Assembly (NCBI RefSeq): GCF_009914755.1
Contig: NC_060946.1
Length of the DNA: 64,000 bases
Source: the human T2T-CHM13v2.0 reference genome, Homo sapiens
Strand: one strand, 5' to 3'
A model generated the notes under the pieces. That model saw nothing but the letters and a program-made list of their open reading frames with translations, ran no database searches and had not been told where the DNA came from. The translations under genes were made by a program, and so were the position numbers. Position 1 is the first letter of the stretch. Each line of letters starts with the position of its first letter. Below are positions 30,201-46,959 of this stretch, piece after piece.

Positions 30201-33200
30201 AGGTATATATTCTATACTGTTCAAAAAATATCAAAGTACCCAAAGCATGTATTATATATTGTACATAAAATATGAAAGTACATCAAATATATATTTTATT
30301 CTGTACATAAAATACCAAAGTACACCAGATATATATTATATGGTGTACATAAAATATCAATGTACCCAAACTATACATTATATACTGTACATAAAATATC
30401 AAATTACATCAAATATATATTATATTAGGTACATAAAATATGAAAGTACATCAAATATATATTTTATTCTGTACATAAAATATCAAAGTACACCAGATAT
30501 ATATTCTATAGTGTACATAAAATATCAAAGTAGCCAAACTATACATTATATACTGTACATAAAATATGAAATTACATCAAATATATATTATATTAGGTAC
30601 ATAAAATATGAAAGTACATGAAATATAGATTATATACTGTACATAAAATATCAAAGTACCCCAAATATATATTACATACTCTACATGAAATATCAAATTT
30701 CACAAGCTATATATTATATAGTGTACATAAATTATCAAAGTACCCAAGGTATACATTCTATGCTGTACAAAAAATATCAAAGTACCCAAAGCATGTATTA
30801 TATACTGTACATAAAATATGAAAGTATATCAAATATATATTTTATTCTGTACATAAAATATCAAAGTACACCAGATATGTATTCTATAGTGTACATAAAA
30901 TAACAAAGTACAAAAACTATAAAATATATACTGTACATAAAATATGAAATTACATCAAATATATATTAAGTACATAAAATATGAAAGTACATCAAATATA
31001 GATTATATACTGTACATATAATATCAATGTACCCCAAATATATATTTTGTACTCTACATGAAATATCAAAGTTCACAAACCATATATTATATAGTGTACA
31101 TAAAATATCAAAGTACCCAAGGTATATATTCTATACTGTACAAAAAATATCAAAGTACCCAAAGCCTGTATTATATACTGTACATAAAATATGAAAGTAC
31201 ATCAAATATATATTTTATTCTGTACATAAAATATCAAAGTACACCAGATATATATTCTATAGTGTACATAAAATATCAAAGTACCCAAACTATACATTAT
31301 ATACTGTACATAAAATATGAAATTACATCAAATATATATTATATTAGGTACATAAAATATGAAAGTACATCAAATATAGATTATATACTGTACATAAAAT
31401 ATCAAAGTACCCCAAATATATATTATATAGTGTACATGAAATATCAAACTTCACAAACTATATATTATATACTGTACATAAAATAGCAAAGTACCGAAGG
31501 TATATATTCTATCCTGTACAAAAAATATCAAGGTACCCAAAGCATGTATTATATACTGTATATAAAATATGAAAGTACATCAAATATATATTTTATTCTG
31601 TACATAAAATATCAAAGTACACCAGATATATATTCTATAGTGTACATAAAATAACAAAGTACAAAAACTATAAATTATATTCTGTACATAAAATATGAAA
31701 TTACATCAAATATATATTGGTACATAAAATATGAAAGTACATCCAATATAGATTATATACTGTACAGAAAATATCAATGTACCACAAATATATATTTTAT
31801 ACTCTACATGAAATATCAAAGTTCACAAACCATATATTATATACTGTACATAAAATATCAAAGTACCCAAGGTATATATTCTATACTGTACAAAAAATAT
31901 CAAAGTACCCAAAGCATGTATTATATACTGTACATAAAATATGAAAGTACATCAAATATATATTTTATTCTGTACATAAAATATCAAAGTACACCAGATA
32001 TATATTCTATAGTGTACATAAAATATCAAAGTACCCAAACTATACATTATATACTGTACATAAAATATGAAATTACATCAAATATATATTATATTAGGTA
32101 CATAAAATATGAAAGTACATCAAATATAGATTATATACTGTACATAAAATATCAAAGTACCCCAAATATATATTATATACTGTATATGAAATATCAAAGT
32201 TCACAAACTATATATTATATACTGTACATAAAATATTAAAGTACCCAAGGTATATATTCTATACTGCACAAAAAAATCAAAGTACCCAAAGCATGTATTA
32301 TATACTGTATATAAAATATGAAAGTACATCAAATATATATTTTATTCTGTACATTATATATCAAAGTACACCAGATATATATTCTATAGTGTACATAAAA
32401 TAACAAAGTACACAAACTATAAATTATATACTGTACATAAAATATGAAATTACATCAAATATATATTAGGTACATAAAATATGAAAGTACATCAAATATA
32501 GATTATATACTGTACATAAAATATCAATGTACCCCAAATATATATTTTATACTCTACATGAAATATCAAAGTTCACAAACCATATATTGTATACTGTACA
32601 TAAAATATCAAAGTACCAAAGGTATGTATTCTATACTGTACAAAAAATATCAAAGTACCCAAAGCATGTATTATATACTGTACATAAAATATGAAAGTAC
32701 ATCAAAAATATATATTTAATTCTGTACATAAAATATCAAAGTACACCAGATATATATTCTATAGTGTACATAAAATATCAAAGTACCCAAACTATTTATT
32801 ATATACTGTACATAAAATATGAAATTACATCAAATATGTATTATATTAGGAACATAAAATACGAAAGTACATCAAATATAGATTATATACTGTACATAAA
32901 ATATCAAAGTACCCCAAATATATATTATATACTCTACATGAAATATCAAAGTTCACAAACTATATATTATATACTGTACATAAAATATCAAAGTACCCAA
33001 GGTATATATTCTATACTGTACAAAAAATATCAAAGTACCCAAAGCATGTATTATATACTGTACATAAAATATGAAAGTACATCAAATATATATTTTATTC
33101 TGTACATAAAATATCAAAGTACACCAGATATATATATCTATAGTGTACATAAAATATCAAAGTATGCAAACTATACATTATATACAGTACATAAAATATG

Positions 33201-36200
33201 AAATCACATCAAATATATATTATATTAGGTACATAAAATATGAAAGTACATCAAATATAGATTATATACTGTACATTAAATACCAAAGTACCCCAAATAT
33301 ATATTTTATACTGTACATGAAATATCAAAGTTCACAAACTATATGTTATATACTGTACATAAAATATCAAAGTACCCGAGGTATATATTCTATACAGTAC
33401 AAAAAATATCAAAGTACCCAAAGCATGTATTATATACTGTACATAAAATATGAAAGTACATCAAATATATATTTTATTCTGTACATAAAATATCAAAGTA
33501 CACCAGATATATATTCTATAGTGTACATAAAATATAAAAGTACCCAAACTATACATTATATACTGTACATAAAATATGAAATTACATCAAATATATTTTA
33601 TATTAGGTACATAAAATATGAAAGTACATCAAATATAGATTATATACTGTACATTAAATACCAAAGTACCCCAAATATATATTTTGTACTGTACATGAAA
33701 TATCAAAGTTCACAAACTACATATTATATACTGTACATATAATATCAAAGTACCCGAGGTATATATTCTATACTGTACAAAAAATAACAAAGTACCAAAA
33801 GCATGTAATATATACTGTACCTAAAATATGAAAGTACATCAAATATATATTTTATTCTTTACATAAAATATCAAAGTACACCAGATATATATTCTATAGT
33901 GTACATAAAATATCAAAGTACCCAAACTATACATTATATACTGTACATAAAATATGAAATTACATCAAATATATATTAGGTACATAAAATATGAAAGTAC
34001 ATCAAATATAGATTATATACTGTACATAAAATATCAAAGTACCCCAAATATATATTATATACTGTACATGAAATATCAGAGTTCACAAACTATATATTAT
34101 ATACTGTACATAAAATATCAAAGTACCCAAGGTATATATTCTATACTGTACAAAAAATATCAAAGTACCCAAAGCATGTATTATATACTGTACATAAAAT
34201 ATGAAAGTACATCAAATATATATTTTATTCTGTACATAAAATATCAAAGTACACCAGATATATATTCTATAGTGTACATAAAATAACAAAGTACAAAAAC
34301 TATAAAATACATACTGTACATAAAATATGAAATTACATCAAATATATATTAAGTACATAAAATATGAAAGTACATCAAATATAGATTATATACTGTACAT
34401 AAAATATCAATGTACCCCAAATATATATGTTATACTCTACATGAAATATCAAAGTTCACAAACCATATATTATATACTGTACATAAAATATCAAAGTACC
34501 CAAGTTATATATTCTATAATATACAAAAAATATCAAAGTACCCAAAGCATGTATTATATACTGTACATAAAATATGAAAGTACATCAAATATATATTTTA
34601 TTCTTTACATAAAATATCAAAGTACACCAGATATATATTCTATAGTGTACATAAAATATCAAAGTACCCAAACTATACATTATATACTGTACATAAAATA
34701 TGAGATTACATCAAATATATATTATATTAGGTACATAAAATATGAAAGTACATCAAATATAGATTATATACTGTACATAAAATATCAAAGTACCCCAAAT
34801 ATATATTTTATACTCGACATGAAATATCAAAGTTCAGAAACCATATCTTATATACTGTACATAAAATATCAAAGTACCCAAGGTATATATTCTATACTGT
34901 ACAAAAAATATCAAAGTACCCTAATCAAGTATTATATACTGTACATAAAATATGAAAGTACATCAAATATATATTTTATTCTGTACATAAAATATCAAAG
35001 TACACCAGATATATATTCTATAGTGTACATAAAATATCAAAGTACCCAAACTATACATTATATACTGTACATAAAATATGAAATTACATCAAATATATAT
35101 TATATTAGGTACATAAAATATGAAAGTACATCAAATATATATTATATACTGTACATAAAATATCAAAGTACCCAAATATATATTACATACTCTACATGAA
35201 ATATCAAAGTTCACAAACTATATATTATATACTGTACATAAAATGTCAAAGTACCGAAGGTATATATTCTATATTGTACAAAAAATATCAATGTACCCAA
35301 AGCATGTATTATATACTGTATATAAAATATGAAATTACATCAAATATATATTATATTCTGTACATAAAATATCAAAGTATACCAGATATATATTCTAGAG
35401 TGTACATAAAATATCAAAGTACCCAAACTATACATTATATACTGTACATAAAATATGAAATTGCATCAAATATATATTAGGTACATAAAATATGAAAGTA
35501 CATCAAATATAGATTATATACTGTACATAAAATATCAAAGTACCCCAAATATACATTATATAGTCTACATGAAATATCAAAATACACAAACTATATATTA
35601 TATAGTGTACTTAAAATATCAAAGTACCCAAGGTATGTATTCTATACTGTACAAAAAATATCAAAGTTCCCAAAGTAAGTATTATATACCGTACATAAAA
35701 TATGAAAGTACATCAAATATATATTTTATTCTCTACATAAAATATGAAAGTACACAAGATATATATTTTATATATAATATAAATACATAAGTACACAAAA
35801 TATCAAAGTACACAAACTATATATTATGTACTGTACATAAAATATGAAATTTCATCAAATATATATTAGGTACATAAAATATGAAAGTACATCAAATATA
35901 GATTGTATACTGTACATAAAATATCAAAGTACACCAAATATATATTATATACTGAACATGAAATATCAAAGTTCACAAACTATATATTATATACTGTACA
36001 TAAAATATCAAAGTACCCAAGGTATATATTCTATACTGTTCAAAAAATATCAAAGTACCCAAAGCATGTATTATATATTGTACATAAAATATGAAAGTAC
36101 ATCAAATATATATTTTATTCTGTACATAAAATACCAAAGTACACCAGATATATATTATATGGTGTACATAAAATATCAATGTACCCAAACTATACATTAT

Positions 36201-38936
36201 ATACTGTACATAAAATATCAAATTACATCAAATATATATTATATTAGGTACATAAAATATGAAAGTACATCAAATATATATTTTATTCTGTACATAAAAT
36301 ATCAAAGTACACCAGATATATATTCTATAGTGTACATAAAATATCAAAGTAGCCAAACTATACATTATATACTGTACATAAAATATGAAATTACATCAAA
36401 TATATATTATATTAGGTACATAAAATATGAAAGTACATGAAATATAGATTATATACTGTACATAAAATATCAAAGTACCCCAAATATATATTACATACTC
36501 TACATGAAATATCAAATTTCACAAGCTATATATTATATAGTGTACATAAATTATCAAAGTACCCAAGGTATACATTCTATGCTGTACAAAAAATATCAAA
36601 GTACCCAAAGCATGTATTATATACTGTACATAAAATATGAAAGTATATCAAATATATATTTTATTCTGTACATAAAATATCAAAGTACACCAGATATGTA
36701 TTCTATAGTGTACATAAAATAACAAAGTACAAAAACTATAAAATATATACTGTACATAAAATATGAAATTACATCAAATATATATTAAGTACATAAAATA
36801 TGAAAGTACATCAAATATAGATTATATACTGTACATATAATATCAATGTACCCCAAATATATATTTTGTACTCTACATGAAATATCAAAGTTCACAAACC
36901 ATATATTATATAGTGTACATAAAATATCAAAGTACCCAAGGTATATATTCTATACTGTACAAAAAATATCAAAGTACCCAAAGCCTGTATTATATACTGT
37001 ACATAAAATATGAAAGTACATCAAATATATATTTTATTCTGTACATAAAATATCAAAGTACACCAGATATATATTCTATAGTGTACATAAAATATCAAAG
37101 TACCCAAACTATACATTATATACTGTACATAAAATATGAAATTACATCAAATATATATTATATTAGGTACATAAAATATGAAAGTACATCAAATATAGAT
37201 TATATACTGTACATAAAATATCAAAGTACCCCAAATATATATTATATAGTGTACATGAAATATCAAACTTCACAAACTATATATTATATACTGTACATAA
37301 AATAGCAAAGTACCGAAGGTATATATTCTATCCTGTACAAAAAATATCAAGGTACCCAAAGCATGTATTATATACTGTATATAAAATATGAAAGTACATC
37401 AAATATATATTTTATTCTGTACATAAAATATCAAAGTACACCAGATATATATTCTATAGTGTACATAAAATAACAAAGTACAAAAACTATAAATTATATT
37501 CTGTACATAAAATATGAAATTACATCAAATATATATTGGTACATAAAATATGAAAGTACATCCAATATAGATTATATACTGTACAGAAAATATCAATGTA
37601 CCACAAATATATATTTTATACTCTACATGAAATATCAAAGTTCACAAACCATATATTATATACTGTACATAAAATATCAAAGTACCCAAGGTATATATTC
37701 TATACTGTACAAAAAATATCAAAGTACCCAAAGCATGTATTATATACTGTACATAAAATATGAAAGTACATCAAATATATATTTTATTCTGTACATAAAA
37801 TATCAAAGTACACCAGATATATATTCTATAGTGTACATAAAATATCAAAGTACCCAAACTATACATTATATACTGTACATAAAATATGAAATTACATCAA
37901 ATATATATTATATTAGGTACATAAAATATGAAAGTACATCAAATATAGATTATATACTGTACATAAAATATCAAAGTACCCCAAATATATATTATATACT
38001 GTATATGAAATATCAAAGTTCACAAACTATATATTATATACTGTACATAAAATATTAAAGTACCCAAGGTATATATTCTATACTGCACAAAAAAATCAAA
38101 GTACCCAAAGCATGTATTATATACTGTATATAAAATATGAAAGTACATCAAATATATATTTTATTCTGTACATTATATATCAAAGTACACCAGATATATA
38201 TTCTATAGTGTACATAAAATAACAAAGTACACAAACTATAAATTATATACTGTACATAAAATATGAAATTACATCAAATATATATTAGGTACATAAAATA
38301 TGAAAGTACATCAAATATAGATTATATACTGTACATAAAATATCAATGTACCCCAAATATATATTTTATACTCTACATGAAATATCAAAGTTCACAAACC
38401 ATATATTGTATACTGTACATAAAATATCAAAGTACCAAAGGTATGTATTCTATACTGTACAAAAAATATCAAAGTACCCAAAGCATGTATTATATACTGT
38501 ACATAAAATATGAAAGTACATCAAAAATATATATTTAATTCTGTACATAAAATATCAAAGTACACCAGATATATATTCTATAGTGTACATAAAATATCAA
38601 AGTACCCAAACTATTTATTATATACTGTACATAAAATATGAAATTACATCAAATATGTATTATATTAGGAACATAAAATACGAAAGTACATCAAATATAG
38701 ATTATATACTGTACATAAAATATCAAAGTACCCCAAATATATATTATATACTCTACATGAAATATCAAAGTTCACAAACTATATATTATATACTGTACAT
38801 AAAATATCAAAGTACCCAAGGTATATATTCTATACTGTACAAAAAATATCAAAGTACCCAAAGCATGTATTATATACTGTACATAAAATATGAAAGTACA
38901 TCAAATATATATTTTATTCTGTACATAAAATATCAA
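27261..38936 (+). repeat. Near-perfect tandem duplication with 5,819-bp period (subfamily A)
   Basis: ORFs 27324/33143, 28135/33954, 28508/34327 and onward to 32764/38583 are offset by 5819. Markers AGTATGCAAA, CTCGACATG and CCTAATCAAG are duplicated. Flanking mismatches are at 27260/33079 and 33118/38937. Confidence 0.9.
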
Positions 38937-41900
38937 GGTACACCAGATATATATTCTATAGTGTACATAAAATATCAAAGTACCCAAAGTATAAATTATA
39001 TACTGTACATAAAATATGAAATTACATCAAATATATATTATATTAGGTACATAAAATATGAAAGTACATCAAATATAGATTATATACTGTACATTAAATA
39101 CCAAAGTACCCCAAATATATATTTTATACTGTACATGAAATATCAAAGTTCACAAACTCTATGTTATATACTGTACATAAAATATCAAAGTACCCGAGGT
39201 ATATATTCTATACTGTACAAAAAATATCAAAGTACCCAAAGCATGTATTATATACTGTACATAAAATATGAAAGTACATCAAATATATATTTTATTCTGT
39301 ACATAAAATATCAAAGTACACCAGATATATATTCTATAGTGTACATAAAATATAAAAGTACCCAAACTATACATTATATACTGTACATAAAATATGAAAT
39401 TACATCAAATATATTTTATATTAGGTACATAAAATATGAAAGTACATCAAATATAGATTATATACTGTACATTAAATACCAAAGTACCCCAAATATATAT
39501 TTTATACTGTACATGAAATATCAAAGTTCACAAACTACATATTATATACTGTACATATAATATCAAAGTACCCGAGGTATATATTCTATACTGTACAAAA
39601 AATAACAAAGTACCAAAAGCATGTAATATATACTGTACCTAAAATATGAAAGTACATCAAATATATATTTTATTCTTTACATAAAATATCAAAGTACACC
39701 AGATATGTATTCTATAGTGTACATAAAATATCAAAGTACCCAAACTATACATTATATACTGTACATAAAATATGAAATTACATCAAATATATATTAGGTA
39801 CATAAAATATGAAAGTACATCAAATATAGATTATATACTGTACATAAAATATCAAAGTACCCCAAATATATATTATATACTGTACATGAAATATCAGAGT
39901 TCACAAACTATATATTATATACTGTACATAAAATATCAAAGTACCCAAGGTATATATTCTATACTGTACAAAAAATATCAAAGTACCCAAAGCATGTATT
40001 ATATACTGTACATAAAATATGAAAGTATATCAAATATATATTTTATTCTGTACATAAAATATCAAAGTACACCAGATATGTATTCTATAGTGTACATAAA
40101 ATAACAAAGTACAAAAACTATAAAATATATACTGTACATAAAATATGAAATTACATCAAATATATATTAAGTACATAAAATATGAAAGTACATCAAATAT
40201 AGATTATATACTGTACATATAATATCAATGTACCCCAAATATATATTTTGTACTCTACATGAAATATCAAAGTTCACAAACCATATATTATATACTGTAC
40301 ATAAAATATCAAAGTACCCAAGTTATAAATTCTATACTATATAAAAAATATCAAAGTACCCAAAACATGTATTATATACTGTACATAAAATATGAAAGTA
40401 CATCAAATATATATTTTATCCTTACATAAAATATCAAAGTACACCAGATATATATTCTATAGTGTACATAAAATATCAAAGTACCCAAACTATACATTAT
40501 ATACTGTACATAAAATATGAGATTACATCAAATATATATTATATTAGGTACATAAAATATGAAAGTACATCAAATATAGATTATATACTGTACATAAAAT
40601 ATCAAAGTACCCCAAATATATATTATATAGTGTACATGAAATATCAAACTTCACAAACTATATATTATATACTGTACATAAAATATCAAAGTACCCAAGG
40701 TATATATTCTATCCTGTACAAAAAATATCAAAGTACCCAAAGCATGTATTATATACTGTACATAAAATATGAAAATACATCAAATATATATTTTATTCTG
40801 TACATAAAATATCAAAGTACACCAGATATATATTCTATAGTGTACATAAAATTACAAAGTACACAAACTATACATTATATACTGTACATAAAATATGAAA
40901 TTACATCAAATATATATTAGGTACATAAAATATGAAAGTACATCAAATATAGATTATATACTGTACATAAAATATCAAAGTACCCCAAATATATATTTTG
41001 TACTCTACATGAAATATCAAAGTTCACAAACCATATATTATATAGTGTACATAAAATATCAAAGTACCCAAGGTATATATTCTATACTGTACAAAAAATA
41101 TCAAAGTACCCAAAACATGTATTATATACTGTACATAAAATATGAAAGTACATCAAATATATATTTTATTCTTTACATAAAATATCAAAGTACACCAGAT
41201 ATATATTCTATAGTGTACATAAAATATCAAAGTACCCAAACTATACATTATATACTGTACATAAAATATGAGATTACATCAAATATATATTATATTAGGT
41301 ACATAAAATATGAAAGTACATCAAATATAGATTATATACTGTACATAAAATATCAAAGTACCCCAAATATATATTATATACTCTACATGAAATATCAAAG
41401 TTCACAAACTATATATTATATACTGTACATAAAATATCAAAGTACCCAAGGTATATATTCTATACTGTACAAAAAATATCAAAGTACCCAAAGCATGTAT
41501 TATATACTGTACATAAAATATGAAATTACATCAAATATATATTTTATTCTGTACATAAAATATCAAAGTACACCAGATATATATTCTATAGTGTACATAA
41601 AATTACAAAGTACACAAACTATACATTATATACTGTACATAAAATATGAAATTACATCAAATATATATTAGGTACATAAAATATGAAGTACATCAAATAT
41701 AGATTATATACTGTACATAAAATATCAAAGTACCCCAAATATATATTTTGTACTCTACATGAAATATCAAAGTTCACAAACCATATATTATATAGTGTAC
41801 ATAAAATATCAAAGTACCCAAGGTATATATTCTATACTGTACAAAAAATATCAAAGTACCCAAAGCCTGTATTATATACTGTACATAAAATATGAAAGTA

Positions 41901-42253
41901 CATCAAATATATATTTTATTCTGTACATAAAATATCAAAGTACACCAGATATATATTCTATAGTGTACATAAAATATCAAAGTACCCAAACTATACATTA
42001 TATACTGTACATAAAATATGAAATTACATCAAATATATATTAAGTACATAAAATATGAAAGTACATCAAATATATATTATATACTGTACATAAAATATCA
42101 AAGTACCCAAGGTATATATTCTATACTGTACAAAAAATATCAAAGTACCCAAAGCTTGTATTATATACTGTACATAAAATATGAAAGTACATCAAAAATA
42201 TATATTTAATTCTGTACATAAAATATCAAAGTACACCAGATATATATTCTATA

Positions 42254-45200
42254 GTGTACATAAAATATCAAAGTACCCAAACTATACATTATATACTGTA
42301 CATAAAATATGAAATTACATCAAACATATTTTATATTAGGTACATAAAATATGAAAGTACATCAAATATAGATTATATACTGTACATTAAATACCAAAGT
42401 ACCCCAAATATATATTTTATACTGTACATGAAATATCAAATTTCCCAAACTATATATTATATACTGTACATATAATATCAAAGTACCCAAGGCATATATT
42501 CTATACTGTACAAAAAATAAGAAAGTACCAAAAGCATGTATTATATACTGTACCTAAAATATGAAAGTACATCAAATATATATTTTATTCTGTGCATAAA
42601 ATATCAAAATTCACCAGATATATATTCTATAGTGTACATAAAATATCAAAGTACCCAAACTATACATTATATACTGTAAATAAAATATGAAATTACATCA
42701 AATATATTTTATATTAGGTACATAAAATATGAAAGTACATCAAATATAGATTATATACTGTACATTAAATACCAAATTACCCCAAATATATATTTTATAC
42801 TGTACATGAAATATCAAATTTCCCAAACTATATATTATATACTGTACATATAATATCAAAGTACCCAAGGTATATATTCTATACTGTACAAAAAATAACA
42901 AAGTACCAAAAGCATGTATTATATACTGTACCTAAAATATGAAAGTACATCAAATATATATTTTATTCTGTACATAAAATATCAAAGTACACCAGATATA
43001 TATTCTATAGTGTACATAAAATATCAAAGTACCCAAACTATACATTATATACTGTACATAAAATATGAAATTACATCAAATATATTTTATATTAGGTACA
43101 TAAAATATGAAAGTACATCAAATATAGATTATATACTGTACATTAAATACCAAAGTACCCCAAATATATATTTTATACTGTACATGAAATATCAAATTTC
43201 ACAAACTATATATTATATACTGTACATATAATATCAAAGTACCCAAGGTATATATTCTATACTGTACAAAAAATAACAAAATACCAAAAGCATGTATTAT
43301 ATACTGTACATAAAATATGAAAGTACATCAAATATATATTTTATTCTGTACATAAAATATCAAAGTACACCAGATATATATTCTATAGTGTACATAAAAT
43401 ATCAAAGTACCCAAACTATACATTATATACTGTAAATAAAATATGAAATTACATCAAATGTATTTTATATTAGGTACATAAAATATGAAAGTACATCAAA
43501 TATATATTTTATTCTGTACATAAAATATCAAAGTACACCAGATATATATTCTATAGTGTACATAAAATATCAAAGTACCCAAACTATAAATTATATACTG
43601 TACATAAAATATGAAATTACATCAAATATATTTTATATTAGGTACATAAAATATGAAAGTACATCAAATATAGATTATATACTGTACATTAAATACCAAA
43701 GTACCCCAAATATATATTTTATACTGTACAAGAAATATGAAAATACACAAACTATATATTATATACTGTACATAAAATATCAAAGTACCCAAGGTATATA
43801 TTCTATACTGTACAAAAAATAACAAAGTACCAAAAGCATGTATAATATACTGTACATAAAATATGAAAGTACATCAAATATATATTTTATTCTGTACATA
43901 AAATATCAAAGTACACCAGATATATATTCTATAGTGTACATAAAATATCAAAGTACCCAAACTATACATTATATACTGTACATAAAATATGAAATTACAT
44001 CAAATATATTTTATATTAGGTACATAAAATATGAAAGTACATCAAATATAGATTATATACTGTACATTAAATACCAAAGTACCCCAGATATATATTTTAT
44101 ACTGTACATGAAATATCAAAATACACTAACTATATATTATATACTGTACATAAAATATCAAAGTACCCAAGGTATATATTCTATACTGTACAAAAAATAA
44201 CAAAGTACCAAAAGCATGTATAATATACTGTACCTAAAATATGAAAGTACATCAAATATATATTTTATTCTGTACATAAAATATCAAAGTACACCAGATA
44301 TATATTCTATAGTGTACATAAAATATCAAAGTACCCAAACTATACATTATATACTGTACATAAAATATGAAATTACATCAAATATGTTTTATATTAGGTA
44401 CCTAAAATATGAAAGTACATCAAATATAGATTATATACTGTACATTAAATACCAAAGTACCCCAAATATATATTTTATACTGTACATGAAATATCAAATT
44501 TCCCAAACTATATATTATATACTGTACATATAATATCAAAGTACCCACAGTATATATTCTATACTGTACAAAAAATAACAAAGTACCAAAAGCATGTATT
44601 ATATACTGTACCTAAAATATGAAAGTACATCAAATATATATTTTATTCTGTACATAAAATATCAAAGTACACCAGATATATATTCTATACTGTACATAAA
44701 ATATCAAAGTACCCAAGGTATATATTCTATACTGTACAAAAAATAACAAAGTACCAAAAGCATGTATAATATACTGTACATAAAATATGAAAGTACATCA
44801 AATATATATTTTATTCTGTACATAAAATATCAAAGTACACCAGATATATATTCTATAGTGTACATAAAATATCAAAGTACCCAAACTATACATTATATAC
44901 TGTACATAAAATATGAAATTACATCAAATATATTTTATATTAGGTACATAAAATATGAAAGTACATCAAATATAGATTATATACTGTACATTAAATACCA
45001 AAGTACCCCAAATATATATTTTATACTGTACAGGAAATATCAAGGTTCACAAACTATATATTATATACTGTACATATAATATCAAAGTACCCAAGGTATA
45101 TATTCTATACTGTACAAAAAATAACAAAGTACCAAAAGCATGTATTATATACTGTACCTAAAATATGAAAGTACATCAAATATATATTTTATTCTGTACA

Positions 45201-46959
45201 TAAAATATCAAAGTACACCAGATATATATTCTATAGTGTACATAAAATATCAAAGTACCCAAACTATACATTATATACTGTAAATAAAATATGAAATTAC
45301 ATCAAATATATTTTATATTAGGTACATAAAATATGAAAGTACATCAAATATAGATTATATACTGTACATTAAATACCAAAGTACCCCAAATATATATTTT
45401 ATACTGTACATGAAATATCAAAATACACAAACTATATATTATATACTGTACATAAAATATCAAAGTACCCAAGGTATATATTCTATACTGTACAAAAAAT
45501 AACAAAGTACCAAAAGCATGTATAATATACTGTACATAAAATATGAAAGTACATCAAATATATATTTTATTCTGTACATAAAATATCAAAGTACACCAGA
45601 TATATATTCTATAGTGTACATAAAATATCAAAGTACCCAAACTATACATTATATACTGTACATAAAATATGAAATTACATCAAATATATTTTATATTAGG
45701 TACATAAAATATGAAAGTACATCAAATATAGATTATATACTGTACATTAAATACCAAATTACCCCAAATATATATTTTATACTGTACATGAAATATCAAA
45801 TTTCCCAAACTATATATTATATACTGTACATATAATATCAAAGTACCCAAGGTATATATTCTATACTGTACAAAAAATAACAAAGTACCAAAAGCATGTA
45901 TTATATACTGTACCTAAAATATGAAAGTACATCAAATACATATTTTATTCTGTACATAAAATATCAAAGTACACCAGATATATATTCTATAGTGTACATA
46001 AAATATCAAAGTACCCAAACTATACATTATATACTGTACATAAAATATGAAATTACATCAAATATATTTTATATTAGGTACATAAAATATGAAAGTACAT
46101 CAAATATAGATTATATACTGTACATTAAATACCAAAGTACCCCAAATATATATTTTATACTGTACATGAAATATCAAAATACACAAACTATATATTATAT
46201 ACTGTACATAAAATATCAAAGTACCCAAGGTATATATTCTATACTGTACAAAAAATAACAAAGTGCCAAAAGCATGTATAATATACTGTACCTAAAATAT
46301 GAAAGTACATCAAATATATATTTTATTCTGTACATAAAATATCAAAGTACACCAGATATATATTCTATAGTGTACATAAAATATCAAAGTACCCAAACTA
46401 TACATTATATACTGTACATAAAATATGAAATTACATCAAATATATTTTATATTAGGTACATAAAATATGAAAGTACATCAAATATAGATTATATACTGTA
46501 CATTAAATACCAAATTACCCCAAATATATATTTTATACTGTACATGAAATATCAAATTTCACAAACTATATATTATATACTGTACATATAATATCAAAGT
46601 ACCCAAGGTATATATTCTATACTGTACAAAAAATAACAAAGTACCAAAAGCATGTATTATATACTGTACCTAAAATATGAAAGTACATCAAATATATATT
46701 TTATTCTGTACATAAAATATCAAAGTACACCAGATATATATTCTATAGTGTACATAAAATATCAAAGTACCCAAACTATACATTATATACTGTAAATAAA
46801 ATATGAAATTACATCAAATATATTTTATATTAGGTACATAAAATATGAAAGAACATCAAATATATATTTTATTCTGTACATAAAATATCAAAGTACACCA
46901 GATATATATTCTATAGTGTACATAAAATATCAAAGTACCCAAACTATACATTATATACT
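42254..46959 (+). repeat. Subfamily 'B' domain (copy of 12010-16715 at lag 30,244)
   Basis: ORFs 12010/42254, 12670/42914 and onward to 16030/46274 are identical with offset 30244. Confidence 0.85.
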
